Below are positions 1 to 9,215 of a stretch of DNA of 31,170 nt, in pieces (the first letter of the stretch is position 1; each line of letters starts with the position of its first letter). Both the position numbers and the translations under genes were made by a program. Source of the DNA: a virus (Duplodnaviria > Caudoviricetes). Location: positions 1-31,170 of the IMG/VR virus record IMGVR_UViG_3300030372_000087; one strand, given 5' to 3'. The notes below the pieces were generated by a model that saw nothing but the letters and a program-made list of their open reading frames with translations, was not told where the DNA came from and did not search any database.

Positions 1-741
1 CTCCCTTCAGGCAATCCTCTATGGTCTGAGTTTTGGAAACTCGAAGAACTAGAAGCTCTTCGAGCAGAACTGCCCGCATCTAAGTGGTCAGCACAATATC
101 AGCAAGACCCTACTGCTGAAGAAGGTGCTTTAGTGAAAAGAGAGTGGTGGCAAGATTGGGAGTACAATGAACCTCCTCAATGTGACTTTATTATACAATC
201 TTGGGATACTGCATTTTTAAAGACTCAAAGAGCAGACTACTCAGCTTGCACTACTTGGGGTGTATTCTACAAAGAGGATAAAGAAGAAGGCTCTGTAGTG
301 CCTAATATAATACTACTAGATGCCTATAAAGAAAGATTAGAGTTTCCAGAGCTAAAGGTAGTGGCTATGGATAAGTATAAAGAATTTAAGCCTGACGCTT
401 TTATTGTTGAGGGCAAAGCTGCTGGTATGCCATTAATATTTGAATTAAGACAAATGGGTATCCCAGTTCAAGAATATACACCCAGTCGTGGAAACGACAA
501 GATATCAAGGGTGAATGCAGTTTCAGATTTATTTGCTTCAGGTGTGGTCTGGTGTCCTAGAACACGATGGGGTGAAGAAGTTATAGAGGAGTTTGCAGCG
601 TTTCCTAATGCAGAGCATGACGATTTAGTAGATAGCAGTACGCAAGCTTTATTAAGATTTAGACAGGGAGGATTCGTTCCGCTTTACTCAGATGAAGAGG
701 ATGAACCTTTAGAACATAATCGCAGAGCAGATTATTACTGA
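1..741 (+). CDS. terL: Terminase large subunit, C-terminal RNase H-like nuclease domain (5'-truncated by window)
   Basis: Frame 1 is open from base 1 (LPSGNPLWSEFWKLEEL...WSAQYQQDPT), so the track start at 133 is internal. Motifs QSWDTA, DYSACTTWG, IVEGKAAG, GNDKISR and FPNAEHDDLVDS are typical of the TerL nuclease domain. It lies directly upstream of the portal. Confidence 0.93.
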   Translation, partial: LPSGNPLWSEFWKLEELEALRAELPASKWSAQYQQDPTAEEGALVKREWWQDWEYNEPPQCDFIIQSWDTAFLKTQRADYSACTTWGVFYKEDKEEGSVVPNIILLDAYKERLEFPELKVVAMDKYKEFKPDAFIVEGKAAGMPLIFELRQMGIPVQEYTPSRGNDKISRVNAVSDLFASGVVWCPRTRWGEEVIEEFAAFPNAEHDDLVDSSTQALLRFRQGGFVPLYSDEEDEPLEHNRRADYY

Positions 742-753
742 TAGGAGTTTATA

Positions 754-3225
754 TTGGCTATAGAAAAACCAGCTACACCTATAGATGGCTTGATAGAACA
801 AGAGCCTGAAGAGGAAATCAACATTGCAATAGAAAACCCCGATGCTGTAGCTATCTCCACAGAAGATGGAGGTATGGTTATAGACTTTGATCCGCAAGAA
901 GATAAACCTGAATCAGAGTTTGGCAGTAACCTTGTAGACTTTATAAGTGAGTCTGAACTAGATCGCATGGGTTCTGATCTAGTATCTCAGTTTAATATGG
1001 ACAGAGATTCTAGAAAGGAGTGGGAAGAAACCTACACAAAAGGATTAGATCAACTAGGTTTAAAGATAGAAGAAAGAACTCAGCCTTGGAATGGAGCATG
1101 TGGTGTATTCCATCCTATGTTATCTGAGGCAGTTATTAGATTTCAGTCTCAAGCTATTGCAGAGATATTTCCTGCTGGTGGTCCAGTTAAAACCAAGATA
1201 GTTGGAAAAATAACAGACGATAAAGAAAAGCAGGCTCAAAGAGTAGAAGACTATATGAATTACCTTCTCACTCACGAGATGGCTGAATACAGAACAGAAA
1301 CAGAGAAGCTATTGTTTTCTCTACCCTTGGCAGGTTCAGCATTTAGAAAAGTTTATTACGACCCTAACCTAGGAAGACCTAGCGGTATATTCGTTCCTTC
1401 AGAGGATGTAGTTGTTAACTATGGTGCTAGTGATCTAGATACTTGTGATAGAGCAACTCACGTTATGCGTATGTCTTTTAATGATATTCGTAAGATGCAG
1501 GTCAATGGATTCTATCGTGATGTAGAAATAAATAACGGAAGCAGAACGTATTCAGACGTACAAGAGAAGTATGATGAGTTAACTGGCGAGATGCAGAACG
1601 ATGCTTATGATCAAAGGCATACTGTATTAGAGATGCAAGTTAATCTTGATTTAGTAGGTTTTGAAGATGAATCCAATGGAATGCCTACAGGTATAGCGTT
1701 GCCTTATGTGGTAACAATAGATTATCCATCAGGAATTATTTTAAGTATTCGTAGAAACTATTATGAAGATGATCCTCAAAAGAAAAGAAGATCACACTTC
1801 GTACACTATCAATACCTACCTGGTATAGGATTTTATGGGTTTGGTTTGATACACATGATAGGCGGACTTGCTAAATCAGCTACTAGCCTATTAAGACAAC
1901 TAGTTGATGCAGGAACATTATCTAACTTACCAGGTGGCTTAAAGGCTAGAGGTTTGCGTATAAAAGGAGATGATACTCCTATAATGCCTGGTGAGTTTAG
2001 AGATGTAGATGTACCTGGTGGTGCAATCAAAGATAATATTACTTTTTTACCATACAAAGAACCATCAGGTACTCTCTACTCACTTCTGCAAAATATAGTT
2101 GAAGAAGGTAGAAGGTTTGCAAGTATCTCTGATATGAAAGTATCAGACATGAACTCACAAGCACCTGTAGGAACTACACTTGCTTTATTAGAAAGAAACA
2201 TGAAAGTTATGACTGCTGTGCAAGCAAGACTTCATGCTTCTATGCGTAAAGAGTTCGACATATTAGTAACTGTAATAAAAGACTTTGGTGATCCGTCTTA
2301 TCCCTATGAGACTGACGAAGAAGAAGAAATAAAAGCTACAGACTTTGATAAGCGTATAGATGTTATGCCTGTATCTGATCCTAATGCTGCAACTATGGCT
2401 CAAAGGATTATGCAGTATCAAGCAGCATTCCAGTTATCGCAAAGTGCACCTGAGATGTATGACCTTAAAGAGTTACACAGACAGATGCTAGATGTATTAG
2501 GTATTCAGGATGTCGATGACATAGTTCCAGACGATGATGATATATCTCCTGTTGATCCTGTATCTGCTGTACAGAATATTATAAACAGTAAACCAGTCAA
2601 AGCTTTTGATTTCCAAGATCACGATGCTCACATACAGACTGTGGCATCTGCTCAAGATAATCCAGAGATTCAAAGACTAGTAGGTCAATCTCCAAATGCT
2701 CCAGCTATATTGGCAGCAGGTTCAGCTTACATACTTGATCATTTAACAATGAAGTTTCGTAAGGAAGTTGAAAAAGAAATGGGTATTGAGCTACCACCTA
2801 TGGGTGAGCCACTACCAGCAGATGTTGAGAAGAGAATATCTGAACTGGTTGCTGAAGCTTCAGCTAGAGTATCGCAGACTGCGATGATGAAAGCAGAACA
2901 AGAAAGAATTAATCAACAGATGCAAGACCCATTGATACTAGCTAAACAAAGAGAACTAGATATTAAACAAGCTGAAGTTCAAAGAAAAACTATGGGTGAT
3001 CAGGCTAGGTTTACATTAGCTGCTCAAAAACAACAAGATCAAATTGAGATGGAAAAAGAAAGAATAGAAAGTGAGCAAGCTATAGAGGGTGTTAAAATTG
3101 GTACAAGGATTGCTAGCGATCTGCTAGAAAAGGAAATAGATATCAATAAGCAATCAGTTCAAGATTACAGAACAGGTATTGACATGGTCAAAGATATAGT
3201 CGATGATGTCAATAAGAATGAATAA
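754..3225 (+). CDS. Portal protein (podovirus-type, 823 aa)
   Basis: TTG start with AGGAG RBS at 743-747. Follows terL. Motifs PWNGACGVFHP, LPLAGSAFRKVYYD and GFYGFGLIHMIGG, plus a long C-terminal coiled coil as in P22-like portals. Confidence 0.85.
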   Translation: MAIEKPATPIDGLIEQEPEEEINIAIENPDAVAISTEDGGMVIDFDPQEDKPESEFGSNLVDFISESELDRMGSDLVSQFNMDRDSRKEWEETYTKGLDQLGLKIEERTQPWNGACGVFHPMLSEAVIRFQSQAIAEIFPAGGPVKTKIVGKITDDKEKQAQRVEDYMNYLLTHEMAEYRTETEKLLFSLPLAGSAFRKVYYDPNLGRPSGIFVPSEDVVVNYGASDLDTCDRATHVMRMSFNDIRKMQVNGFYRDVEINNGSRTYSDVQEKYDELTGEMQNDAYDQRHTVLEMQVNLDLVGFEDESNGMPTGIALPYVVTIDYPSGIILSIRRNYYEDDPQKKRRSHFVHYQYLPGIGFYGFGLIHMIGGLAKSATSLLRQLVDAGTLSNLPGGLKARGLRIKGDDTPIMPGEFRDVDVPGGAIKDNITFLPYKEPSGTLYSLLQNIVEEGRRFASISDMKVSDMNSQAPVGTTLALLERNMKVMTAVQARLHASMRKEFDILVTVIKDFGDPSYPYETDEEEEIKATDFDKRIDVMPVSDPNAATMAQRIMQYQAAFQLSQSAPEMYDLKELHRQMLDVLGIQDVDDIVPDDDDISPVDPVSAVQNIINSKPVKAFDFQDHDAHIQTVASAQDNPEIQRLVGQSPNAPAILAAGSAYILDHLTMKFRKEVEKEMGIELPPMGEPLPADVEKRISELVAEASARVSQTAMMKAEQERINQQMQDPLILAKQRELDIKQAEVQRKTMGDQARFTLAAQKQQDQIEMEKERIESEQAIEGVKIGTRIASDLLEKEIDINKQSVQDYRTGIDMVKDIVDDVNKNE

Positions 3226-3421
3226 TGATATCAATGAGCAATCACTTTCTGAATATTTAGGAAATAGATTACGCACGTTGATGAATGAACATACCGATCA
3301 TCTTGCAACAGGAAATATAAAAGACTTTTCTGATTACAAAAGGATGGTAGGTATTATCGAGGGGTTAGCTCTCGCAGAACGAGAAATGCTGGACTGGATA
3401 GAACAGCATACTCGCCAATAG
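3218..3421 (+). CDS. Small hypothetical protein (67 aa) after portal
   Basis: ATG at 3218 overlaps the portal end (ATGAATAA). Helical DYKRMVGIIEGL motif of the kind seen in small post-portal phage proteins. Track start 3203 is the alternative. Confidence 0.65.
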   Translation: MNNDINEQSLSEYLGNRLRTLMNEHTDHLATGNIKDFSDYKRMVGIIEGLALAEREMLDWIEQHTRQ

Positions 3422-3450
3422 GAACTCGACACCTATAAGTCGTGCAAAGT

Positions 3451-3846
3451 ATGGAAAAAGTAGTAGTAAAATCTGATAAAGAAGAACTAACTCCAAAAGA
3501 GATAGAGTCTAATAAAAAACAACTCCCAGAGCCTTCAGGCTATAGAATATTGGTAGCAATGCCTGTAGCTGATGAAAAAACAGAGGGCGGAATATTAAAA
3601 GCCAATTCAACAATAAGAGATGAAGAGGTCAGTAATATTTGTGGAATGGTTATTAAATTAGGTCCAGATTGCTACAAAGATGAAAGAAGATTCCCTAGCG
3701 GTCCTTGGTGCAAGGAAAAAGATTGGGTAGTCTTCCGTGCTTATTCAGGCACTCGCATGAAGATGTATGGTCAAGAGTTTCGTTTAATCAATGACGATAC
3801 TGTGGAAGCAGTAGTCGAAGACCCTACAGGAGTAGTTAGAGCATGA
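3451..3846 (+). CDS. groES: Co-chaperonin GroES (Cpn10)-like protein
   Basis: PSGYRILV...EKTEGGIL mobile-loop motif, G-x-V-I-K-L-G-P and C-terminal YSGT...GQEFRLINDDTVEAVV match the Cpn10 pattern. Start is ATG 3451 or GTG 3442. Confidence 0.88.
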   Translation: MEKVVVKSDKEELTPKEIESNKKQLPEPSGYRILVAMPVADEKTEGGILKANSTIRDEEVSNICGMVIKLGPDCYKDERRFPSGPWCKEKDWVVFRAYSGTRMKMYGQEFRLINDDTVEAVVEDPTGVVRA

Positions 3847-4889
3847 GTGAGCAAACAATAGAAACAGAAATTTCTACAGAGTTTCAACCAGATGGAAGTG
3901 GTAATTTAGTTCCACAATCTGAAGAAGAAAAATTCTTTGGAGTTAAAACAGAGATACCTACATCTAATCAACAAGATGAAGTTTCAATAGAAGTTCTCGA
4001 AGATACAGGTCAAGAAGAAATTATTGAAGAACAGCCTGAAGAAGAAGTTGATGAAGATACTTTAGATGAAGAAATTAAAAACTATTCTAAAAGGGCAGGC
4101 AAAAGAATAGATCAGTTGATCTACGAAAGAGAAGAGCAGAAAAGACAAAGACAATCTATAGAGAGTCAGCAACAAGAAGCTGTCACAAGACTTAGAACTT
4201 TAATGCAGGAGAATCAAAGACTGCAAGCTATAGTAGATCAAGGTGGAGAAGTTTTAAATCAACAGGCTACTAACAATGCACAATGGGCAAAGTTAAATGC
4301 ACAAGCTAAGTTAAAAGCAGCCTATGATGAAGGCGATGCCGACAAAATGGCACAAGCACAAGAAGAGTTAACAAGAGCTACACTAGCAGAACAATCTGCT
4401 ACTTCTTATTCTCAGAACTTGCAAAGTCAATTAGCACAACAAATAGAACAAGAACAATTAACGAACCCTGTTCAAGAACCACAACAGTTAGACCCTGATA
4501 TGCAAGCATGGTCACAAAGAAATCCTTGGTTTATGAGCACAGTTCCAGAGCATCAAGAAATGACTTCTTATGCTATGACAATAGACAGAAGACTACGCAA
4601 TCAAGGTGTATTACCTGAAAATGATTCAAAGGCTTACTATGAAGAAGTAGACAAAGCTATGCGTAGAGAATACCCCAGTTTCTTTGGAGTAACTACAACG
4701 GAAGTAGTAGATGCACCAACACAAGAAAAAAGACAGCCACAGAATGTGGTTGCACCCGCATCGAGAACAAGCGGGTCTAATAAAAATTCTCGCAAAGTAC
4801 GATTGGATCAGGATCAAGTTAAGCTAGCACGACAACTTGGTATAACTCCTGAACAATACGCAAAACAATTATTATTGGAGGAGTCCTAA
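3843..4889 (+). CDS. Probable capsid scaffolding protein
   Basis: Acidic N-terminus, long Q/E-rich coiled coil and C-terminal VRLDQDQVKLARQLGITPEQYAKQ helix-turn-helix. Located between portal and capsid genes. ATGA overlap with groES. Confidence 0.65.
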   Translation: MSEQTIETEISTEFQPDGSGNLVPQSEEEKFFGVKTEIPTSNQQDEVSIEVLEDTGQEEIIEEQPEEEVDEDTLDEEIKNYSKRAGKRIDQLIYEREEQKRQRQSIESQQQEAVTRLRTLMQENQRLQAIVDQGGEVLNQQATNNAQWAKLNAQAKLKAAYDEGDADKMAQAQEELTRATLAEQSATSYSQNLQSQLAQQIEQEQLTNPVQEPQQLDPDMQAWSQRNPWFMSTVPEHQEMTSYAMTIDRRLRNQGVLPENDSKAYYEEVDKAMRREYPSFFGVTTTEVVDAPTQEKRQPQNVVAPASRTSGSNKNSRKVRLDQDQVKLARQLGITPEQYAKQLLLEES

Positions 4890-5402
4890 ATGGAAGACAA
4901 TAAAACTGAAGTAAACGAAGAATCTATGGAAGACTCTTTAGAACAAGTGCGTACTCCGAGAGGAGCAGAAGACCGAGAGGTCACCCAGCATGTACAAGAC
5001 TGGGAAAACCCACTAAATTTACCAAGTCCTAATCGACAGGAAGGCTGGGTCTTCAGGTGGATAAGAACAAGTCTCTTAGGTAATAATGATAATCCTAATG
5101 TATCGAAGAAGTTCCGAGAGGGATGGACTCCATGCAGATCGGAAGATCATCCTGAGTTACAAATTCACATGATGGATTACAAGTCTGAATGGGCAGAGAA
5201 AGGAAATATAGAAATAGGTGGGCAACTGTTATGCAAGATGCCATCTGATACAGCGAGAGCTAGAGACCAGCACTTTCAGGGCATGGCTCAAAACCAGATG
5301 GATTCTGTGGATAATGTGTATTTTAAAGACCAAGATTCCAGAATGGCTACCAAACAAGTTTTTGAAAGAAAATCTAAAACAACATTTGGCAGAGATTCCT
5401 AA
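4890..5402 (+). CDS. Conserved head-region hypothetical protein (170 aa)
   Basis: GGAGGAG RBS at 4877-4883. GWVFRWIRTS...FREGWTP motif. Lies between scaffold and capsid genes. Confidence 0.65.
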   Translation: MEDNKTEVNEESMEDSLEQVRTPRGAEDREVTQHVQDWENPLNLPSPNRQEGWVFRWIRTSLLGNNDNPNVSKKFREGWTPCRSEDHPELQIHMMDYKSEWAEKGNIEIGGQLLCKMPSDTARARDQHFQGMAQNQMDSVDNVYFKDQDSRMATKQVFERKSKTTFGRDS

Positions 5403-5439
5403 TCTTGGATTAGTAATTGTTTAAAACAAGGAGATAAAC

Positions 5440-6027
5440 ATGGCTTCAACAGCTACACCTAGCGGTGCTAGACCAGTAAGTTCATTAGTGTCTTGTGCGT
5501 ACAATGCTAAGATCACACACTACAAAATTAAAAATAACTTTGGAACTTCAATATTCTATGGTGATTTTGTAAAGTGGGCAGACGATAACCCTAATACTAC
5601 TATCCAAAAGGATACTGGTACTACTTCTGCTACACCTATCGGTGTTTTCTTAGGATGTGCTTACACAGACCCAACTACAGGTCAATTCACACCTAATCAA
5701 TTTTATCCTGCTTCTACGGCAGCAGATGATATTGTTGCGTATGTCGCATCTGATCCATTTCTAGTAATGCAAATGCAATCAGATGAAGCATTGACTCAAG
5801 ATGATCTTGGGAAAAATGTTGCTATTGTGCAAACAGCAGGTAGCACTTCAATCGGCACAAGCAGAAATGCAGTAGACGGCAGTACAGCAGCTACTACTAA
5901 TACACTACCTTTAAAGATCGTTGACTTTGTCGATGGTCCAGATAGTGAAATTGGTGACAGCTTTACTGACGTATTGGTGATGTTCAACGTAGGACATCAA
6001 TTACTTAACACAACAGGCATAGGATAA
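5440..6027 (+). CDS. Probable capsid decoration/cement protein (195 aa)
   Basis: AAGGAG RBS. T/A/G/D-rich beta-type sequence (IFYGDFVK, IGVFLGC). Immediately upstream of the major capsid gene. Confidence 0.55.
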   Translation: MASTATPSGARPVSSLVSCAYNAKITHYKIKNNFGTSIFYGDFVKWADDNPNTTIQKDTGTTSATPIGVFLGCAYTDPTTGQFTPNQFYPASTAADDIVAYVASDPFLVMQMQSDEALTQDDLGKNVAIVQTAGSTSIGTSRNAVDGSTAATTNTLPLKIVDFVDGPDSEIGDSFTDVLVMFNVGHQLLNTTGIG

Positions 6028-6038
6028 GGAGTTAAATT

Positions 6039-6980
6039 ATGGCAGCTATATCAAGAGCGAATGAGCTCAAGCAGCTTCTCCCAGGTCTTAATGCCCTGTT
6101 TGGAGAGGAATACAATAACTACGAGAACGAGCACGAGCAAATCTATACAACTGAAAACTCTGAGAGATCATTTGAAGAGGAACTAAAGTTGTCAGGTTTC
6201 GCTGCTGCTCCTGTTAAAGACGAAGGTGCATCCATATCATTTGATACTGCACAAGAGTCTTTTGTAGCTCGTTATACACACGAAACAATCGCTTTAGGAT
6301 TTAGTGTTACAGAAGAAGCAATGGAAGATAACTTATATGTAAGTCTTTCAGGCAGATACACTAAAGCTTTAGCGAGAGCAATGGCTTACACAAAACAAGT
6401 GAAAGCTGCTGCTTTGTTGAATAACGGGTTCACAAACGCATTCCAATCTGGAGATGGGGTTAACCTATTTACAGCAAGTGGAGATGGAGTAACAGGCGGA
6501 GATGGTCACCCTCTAGTTTCTGGAGGTAAGAACTCTAACAGACCAGTTACAGGTGCAGACTTGAATGAAACTTCACTAGAAGACAACATCATTCAAATCA
6601 GCAAATGGACTGATGAAAGAGGTCTAAAGATCGCAGCTAGACCAAGAAAGCTGATCGTTCCAACTGATCTTCAGTTTGTAGCTACTCGTATCTTAGAGAG
6701 CGAGTATAAAACTGGAAGTGCTGACAATGATATCAACGCTATCAGAAGCAATGGTGTTATACCTGAAGGATTCGCAGTTAATCATTATTTAACTGATACG
6801 AATGCTTACTTTATAACAACTGATGTTCCTGATGGAATGAAGCATTTTGTCAGAAGTCCAATGACTACAAGCATGGATGGAGACTTCGATACTGGTAATG
6901 TGAGATATAAAGCTAGAGAAAGATACTCATTTGGTGTATCTGATCCTCTAGGTATCTTCGGATCACCAGGCTCAAGCTAA
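6039..6980 (+). CDS. Major capsid protein (HK97 fold, Mu gpT-like family)
   Basis: TAAGGAG RBS. Motifs APVKDEGASISFD, YTHETIALGFSVTEEAMEDNLY, PRKLIVPTDL and DFDTGNVRYKARERYSFG. 313 aa, followed by a strong terminator. Confidence 0.88.
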   Translation: MAAISRANELKQLLPGLNALFGEEYNNYENEHEQIYTTENSERSFEEELKLSGFAAAPVKDEGASISFDTAQESFVARYTHETIALGFSVTEEAMEDNLYVSLSGRYTKALARAMAYTKQVKAAALLNNGFTNAFQSGDGVNLFTASGDGVTGGDGHPLVSGGKNSNRPVTGADLNETSLEDNIIQISKWTDERGLKIAARPRKLIVPTDLQFVATRILESEYKTGSADNDINAIRSNGVIPEGFAVNHYLTDTNAYFITTDVPDGMKHFVRSPMTTSMDGDFDTGNVRYKARERYSFGVSDPLGIFGSPGSS

Positions 6981-6985
6981 ACAAG

Positions 6986-7012
6986 AAAGGGGAGCTATGC
7001 TCCCCTTTTTTT
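6986..7012 (+). terminator. Rho-independent terminator after major capsid gene
   Basis: Stem GGGGAGC (6989-6995) / GCTCCCC (6999-7005), loop TAT, then a T7 run (7006-7012). AAA on the 5' side extends the stem. Confidence 0.9.
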
Positions 7013-7017
7013 CGTAT

Positions 7018-7068
7018 CTAGGATTTTTTTATTTATCGACTGACCTAGCAGACAAGCCAAGACGATAA
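7018..7068 (+). ncRNA. Candidate structured RNA element (pseudoknot), possibly the Mu-gpT-DE motif
   Basis: TTATCG(7033-7038)/CGATAA(7063-7068) outer stem. CTG(7040-7042)/CAG(7049-7051) hairpin whose loop contains CCTAG (7044-7048), complementary to upstream CTAGG (7018-7022). Located downstream of a Mu gpT-like capsid gene. Confidence 0.45.
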
Positions 7069-7089
7069 TTTTTTTAAGGAGACTTAATT

Positions 7090-7617
7090 ATGGCAAACAC
7101 AACTTTTAACGGACCAGTAAGGTCTGAAAATGGTTTTACTGTTGTATCAAAGAACTCTAGCACAGGAGCAGTAACTACATCCTTTACCTTAGATGGTTCA
7201 GGTATGCAGGTAACACCTGTAGCTTTAGCTGATACAACGGCTATTTCTCTAACAGCAGCAACTCATGGTGGAAGGGTGGCAGTAGTGCCAGCACTTTCAG
7301 CAAACTGCACACTTACATTGCCTTCACCTTCAGCAGGAGTTTATTTCAAACTTATCTATGGTGGTGCAGCAGAAGAAACAGAAAACCTTATTATTGATAC
7401 AGGTTCAGATACTAATTTCTACTTAGGTGGAATTGTGCATCTAGACTCTAACGCAGATAATGTTTCTGTCTATGCTGATGGTAATTCAAACTCTATATTA
7501 ACTTTAACTGATTTTGGTTTATTTGATATAAACATATTAGCTAAAGACTCTACCAACTGGTACATATGGGGTAATCAAGAAGGTGCTGACGTTCCAGCAT
7601 TTACTGACCAATCTTAA
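7090..7617 (+). CDS. Virion structural protein (possible head fibre/decoration, 175 aa)
   Basis: AAGGAG RBS. MANTTFNGPVRSENGF N-terminus and a TLTLPSPSAGVYF beta-rich domain. First gene after the capsid. Confidence 0.55.
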   Translation: MANTTFNGPVRSENGFTVVSKNSSTGAVTTSFTLDGSGMQVTPVALADTTAISLTAATHGGRVAVVPALSANCTLTLPSPSAGVYFKLIYGGAAEETENLIIDTGSDTNFYLGGIVHLDSNADNVSVYADGNSNSILTLTDFGLFDINILAKDSTNWYIWGNQEGADVPAFTDQS

Positions 7618-7629
7618 TAGGAGTAAATT

Positions 7630-8037
7630 ATGGCTGATACAGTAACAACTCAAATCATCGAACAAGGTGAAAGAAATGTAGTAATGAAGTTCACTAATGT
7701 CAGCGATGGAACTGGTGAGTCTGCGGTTGCTAAAGTAGATGTATCTGCTTTAACAGCTAATAAAGCTGGCGTATCCTGCTCTGAAGTTAGAATTATACGA
7801 GTAAGTCATGCCATTGTCGGTATGTCTGTTCAGATGTTTTTTAATGCAAGCACTAATGTTTTAATAATGGAGCTAGCTGAAAGTAGTAATGGACACTTAG
7901 ACTTTAAAGGCTTTGGTGGAATACCTAACAATGCAGGTAGTGGTAAAAATGGAGATGTTCTATTTACTACTAAAGGGCACAGTTCTGGTGACACTTACTC
8001 TATCATTCTAGAAATGGTAAAAGTTTATTCTGATTAA
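7630..8037 (+). CDS. Putative virion structural protein (135 aa)
   Basis: AGGAG RBS. MADTVTTQII...FTNVSDGTGESAVAKVDVS...GDVLFTT, an all-beta jelly-roll-like pattern seen in marine phage structural regions. Confidence 0.55.
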   Translation: MADTVTTQIIEQGERNVVMKFTNVSDGTGESAVAKVDVSALTANKAGVSCSEVRIIRVSHAIVGMSVQMFFNASTNVLIMELAESSNGHLDFKGFGGIPNNAGSGKNGDVLFTTKGHSSGDTYSIILEMVKVYSD

Positions 8038-8050
8038 ATAAGGAATTAAT

Positions 8051-8353
8051 ATGGCTAAATCAAATAATTATGTAGTTAGCGAAACTGGTGAGTTTCCCTC
8101 TCAATATAAAGTTTTACAATTAGGTGAAGACGGAATATACAGACCTGTCTTTGGTCCTGACCCAGACTTAGATGACGCACAAAGAAAGTGTGACGAAATG
8201 AATGGTGTCAGAGCTAGAGATGAGGATGGTCACTTTGTGGCTGATGATCCATCTACTCCTGATGTTAATGAAGCTTATGTTGGTGGTAAAGCACCTAAGA
8301 AAAAAACTGCTAAGAAAAAGACTGCAAAGAAAAAGACCACTAAGAAAAAGTAA
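8051..8353 (+). CDS. Hypothetical protein with RARD...ADDPSTPDVNEAY motif and Lys-rich (KKKTA)n tail
   Basis: AAGGA RBS. C-terminal KKKTAKKKTAKKKTTKKK. The motif recurs at 15875-15946. Confidence 0.7.
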   Translation: MAKSNNYVVSETGEFPSQYKVLQLGEDGIYRPVFGPDPDLDDAQRKCDEMNGVRARDEDGHFVADDPSTPDVNEAYVGGKAPKKKTAKKKTAKKKTTKKK

Positions 8354-8895
8354 TGCTGGATTTGCAGACACTTACTAATGAAATTAGAAAGTGGAGCAAG
8401 GAAGTTTTAGAAACTCCTAAGAGTGAACACAATGACTTACCTTCTTGCCCTTTTGCTAAACACTCATGGACAAAAGGAAGAGTTAGGTGTTACTTAGGAG
8501 ATGGTGGTGAATGGCAGGACTTAATACCTTTCATAGAAGATTTCGATGATACATACGATGTTGTCATTTACTGTGGCACAGACTATGAAGATATATCAGC
8601 AGATGAAGTCGAAGAAAGGATAGCAATATTAAATAGCTATGCAGTAGAGAGAAATCTTTGGTGTATGGGTGCACACCCAGATACAGAGATAGCTCATGCT
8701 GCTAATCAGGATGATTTTGTACCAGATACAGATGATGATTACTATTCTATCTATATTCAAAGATTAGATACTTTAATAAAAGCATCTGATAGTATTGAAG
8801 CCAAGGGATACTATCAGAATTATAAAACACAAGACTTCAATGTCTTAGTAACAAGGAGAAAAAAACTATGGCTGGAGAAAGAAAAACTAAAGTAA
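8353..8895 (+). CDS. Acidic hypothetical protein, DUF1415-like
   Basis: TAATG coupling to the upstream gene. LPSCPFAK and GAHPD resemble the CPFA/HPD motifs of DUF1415 proteins. Confidence 0.5.
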   Translation: MLDLQTLTNEIRKWSKEVLETPKSEHNDLPSCPFAKHSWTKGRVRCYLGDGGEWQDLIPFIEDFDDTYDVVIYCGTDYEDISADEVEERIAILNSYAVERNLWCMGAHPDTEIAHAANQDDFVPDTDDDYYSIYIQRLDTLIKASDSIEAKGYYQNYKTQDFNVLVTRRKKLWLEKEKLK

Positions 8896-9197
8896 AAAAG
8901 GCTACTGGTGGTCGTAAGATGAAAACCATGAAAGCTGGCTCTAAAAAAATGAAGACCATGAAAGGTGGTTCAAAGAAAATGAAAACCATGAAGGGTGGTT
9001 CTAAAAAGATGAAGACTATGAAAGGCGGTTCTAAAAAGATGAAAACCATGAAAGGTGGTAGCCGTAAAAACATGGTTAAAAAAGGCATGGGCAAAAAAAC
9101 GTCTATGCGTAAAAGAGCTATGGGAACGTCTACATCTGCACCTAAAGTCGAAGACTTTCAAAAAATGATGTTTAGAAAGTTTGGTGGTAGAACATAG
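8868..9197 (+). CDS. Highly basic Lys/Met-rich repeat protein (109 aa)
   Basis: AAGGAG RBS upstream. Five tandem KMKTMK(G/A)GS(K/R) units. Confidence 0.75.
   Translation: MAGERKTKVKKATGGRKMKTMKAGSKKMKTMKGGSKKMKTMKGGSKKMKTMKGGSKKMKTMKGGSRKNMVKKGMGKKTSMRKRAMGTSTSAPKVEDFQKMMFRKFGGRT
8916..9065 (+). repeat. Tandem 30-bp coding repeat, 5 copies
   Basis: Unit approximately AARATGAARACYATGAARGGYGGTTCTAAA. Variation falls mainly at synonymous positions. Confidence 0.92.
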
Positions 9198-9215
9198 ACC
9201 AGTAAATATTTTTAA

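Noticed and set aside
3422-3450. CGAC/GTCG hairpin upstream of groES, which lacks a clear SD sequence
   Set aside because: Only a 4-bp stem. It cannot be distinguished from chance without comparative data.
5399-5413. CTAATC-TTG-GATTAG hairpin at the end of the 170-aa gene
   Set aside because: Weak AT-rich 6-bp stem with no proper U-tract, so it is not supportable as a terminator.
8916-9065. Possible CRISPR-like or non-coding repeat array
   Set aside because: The units are contiguous with no spacers, are a multiple of 3, and vary synonymously, so this is a coding repeat.
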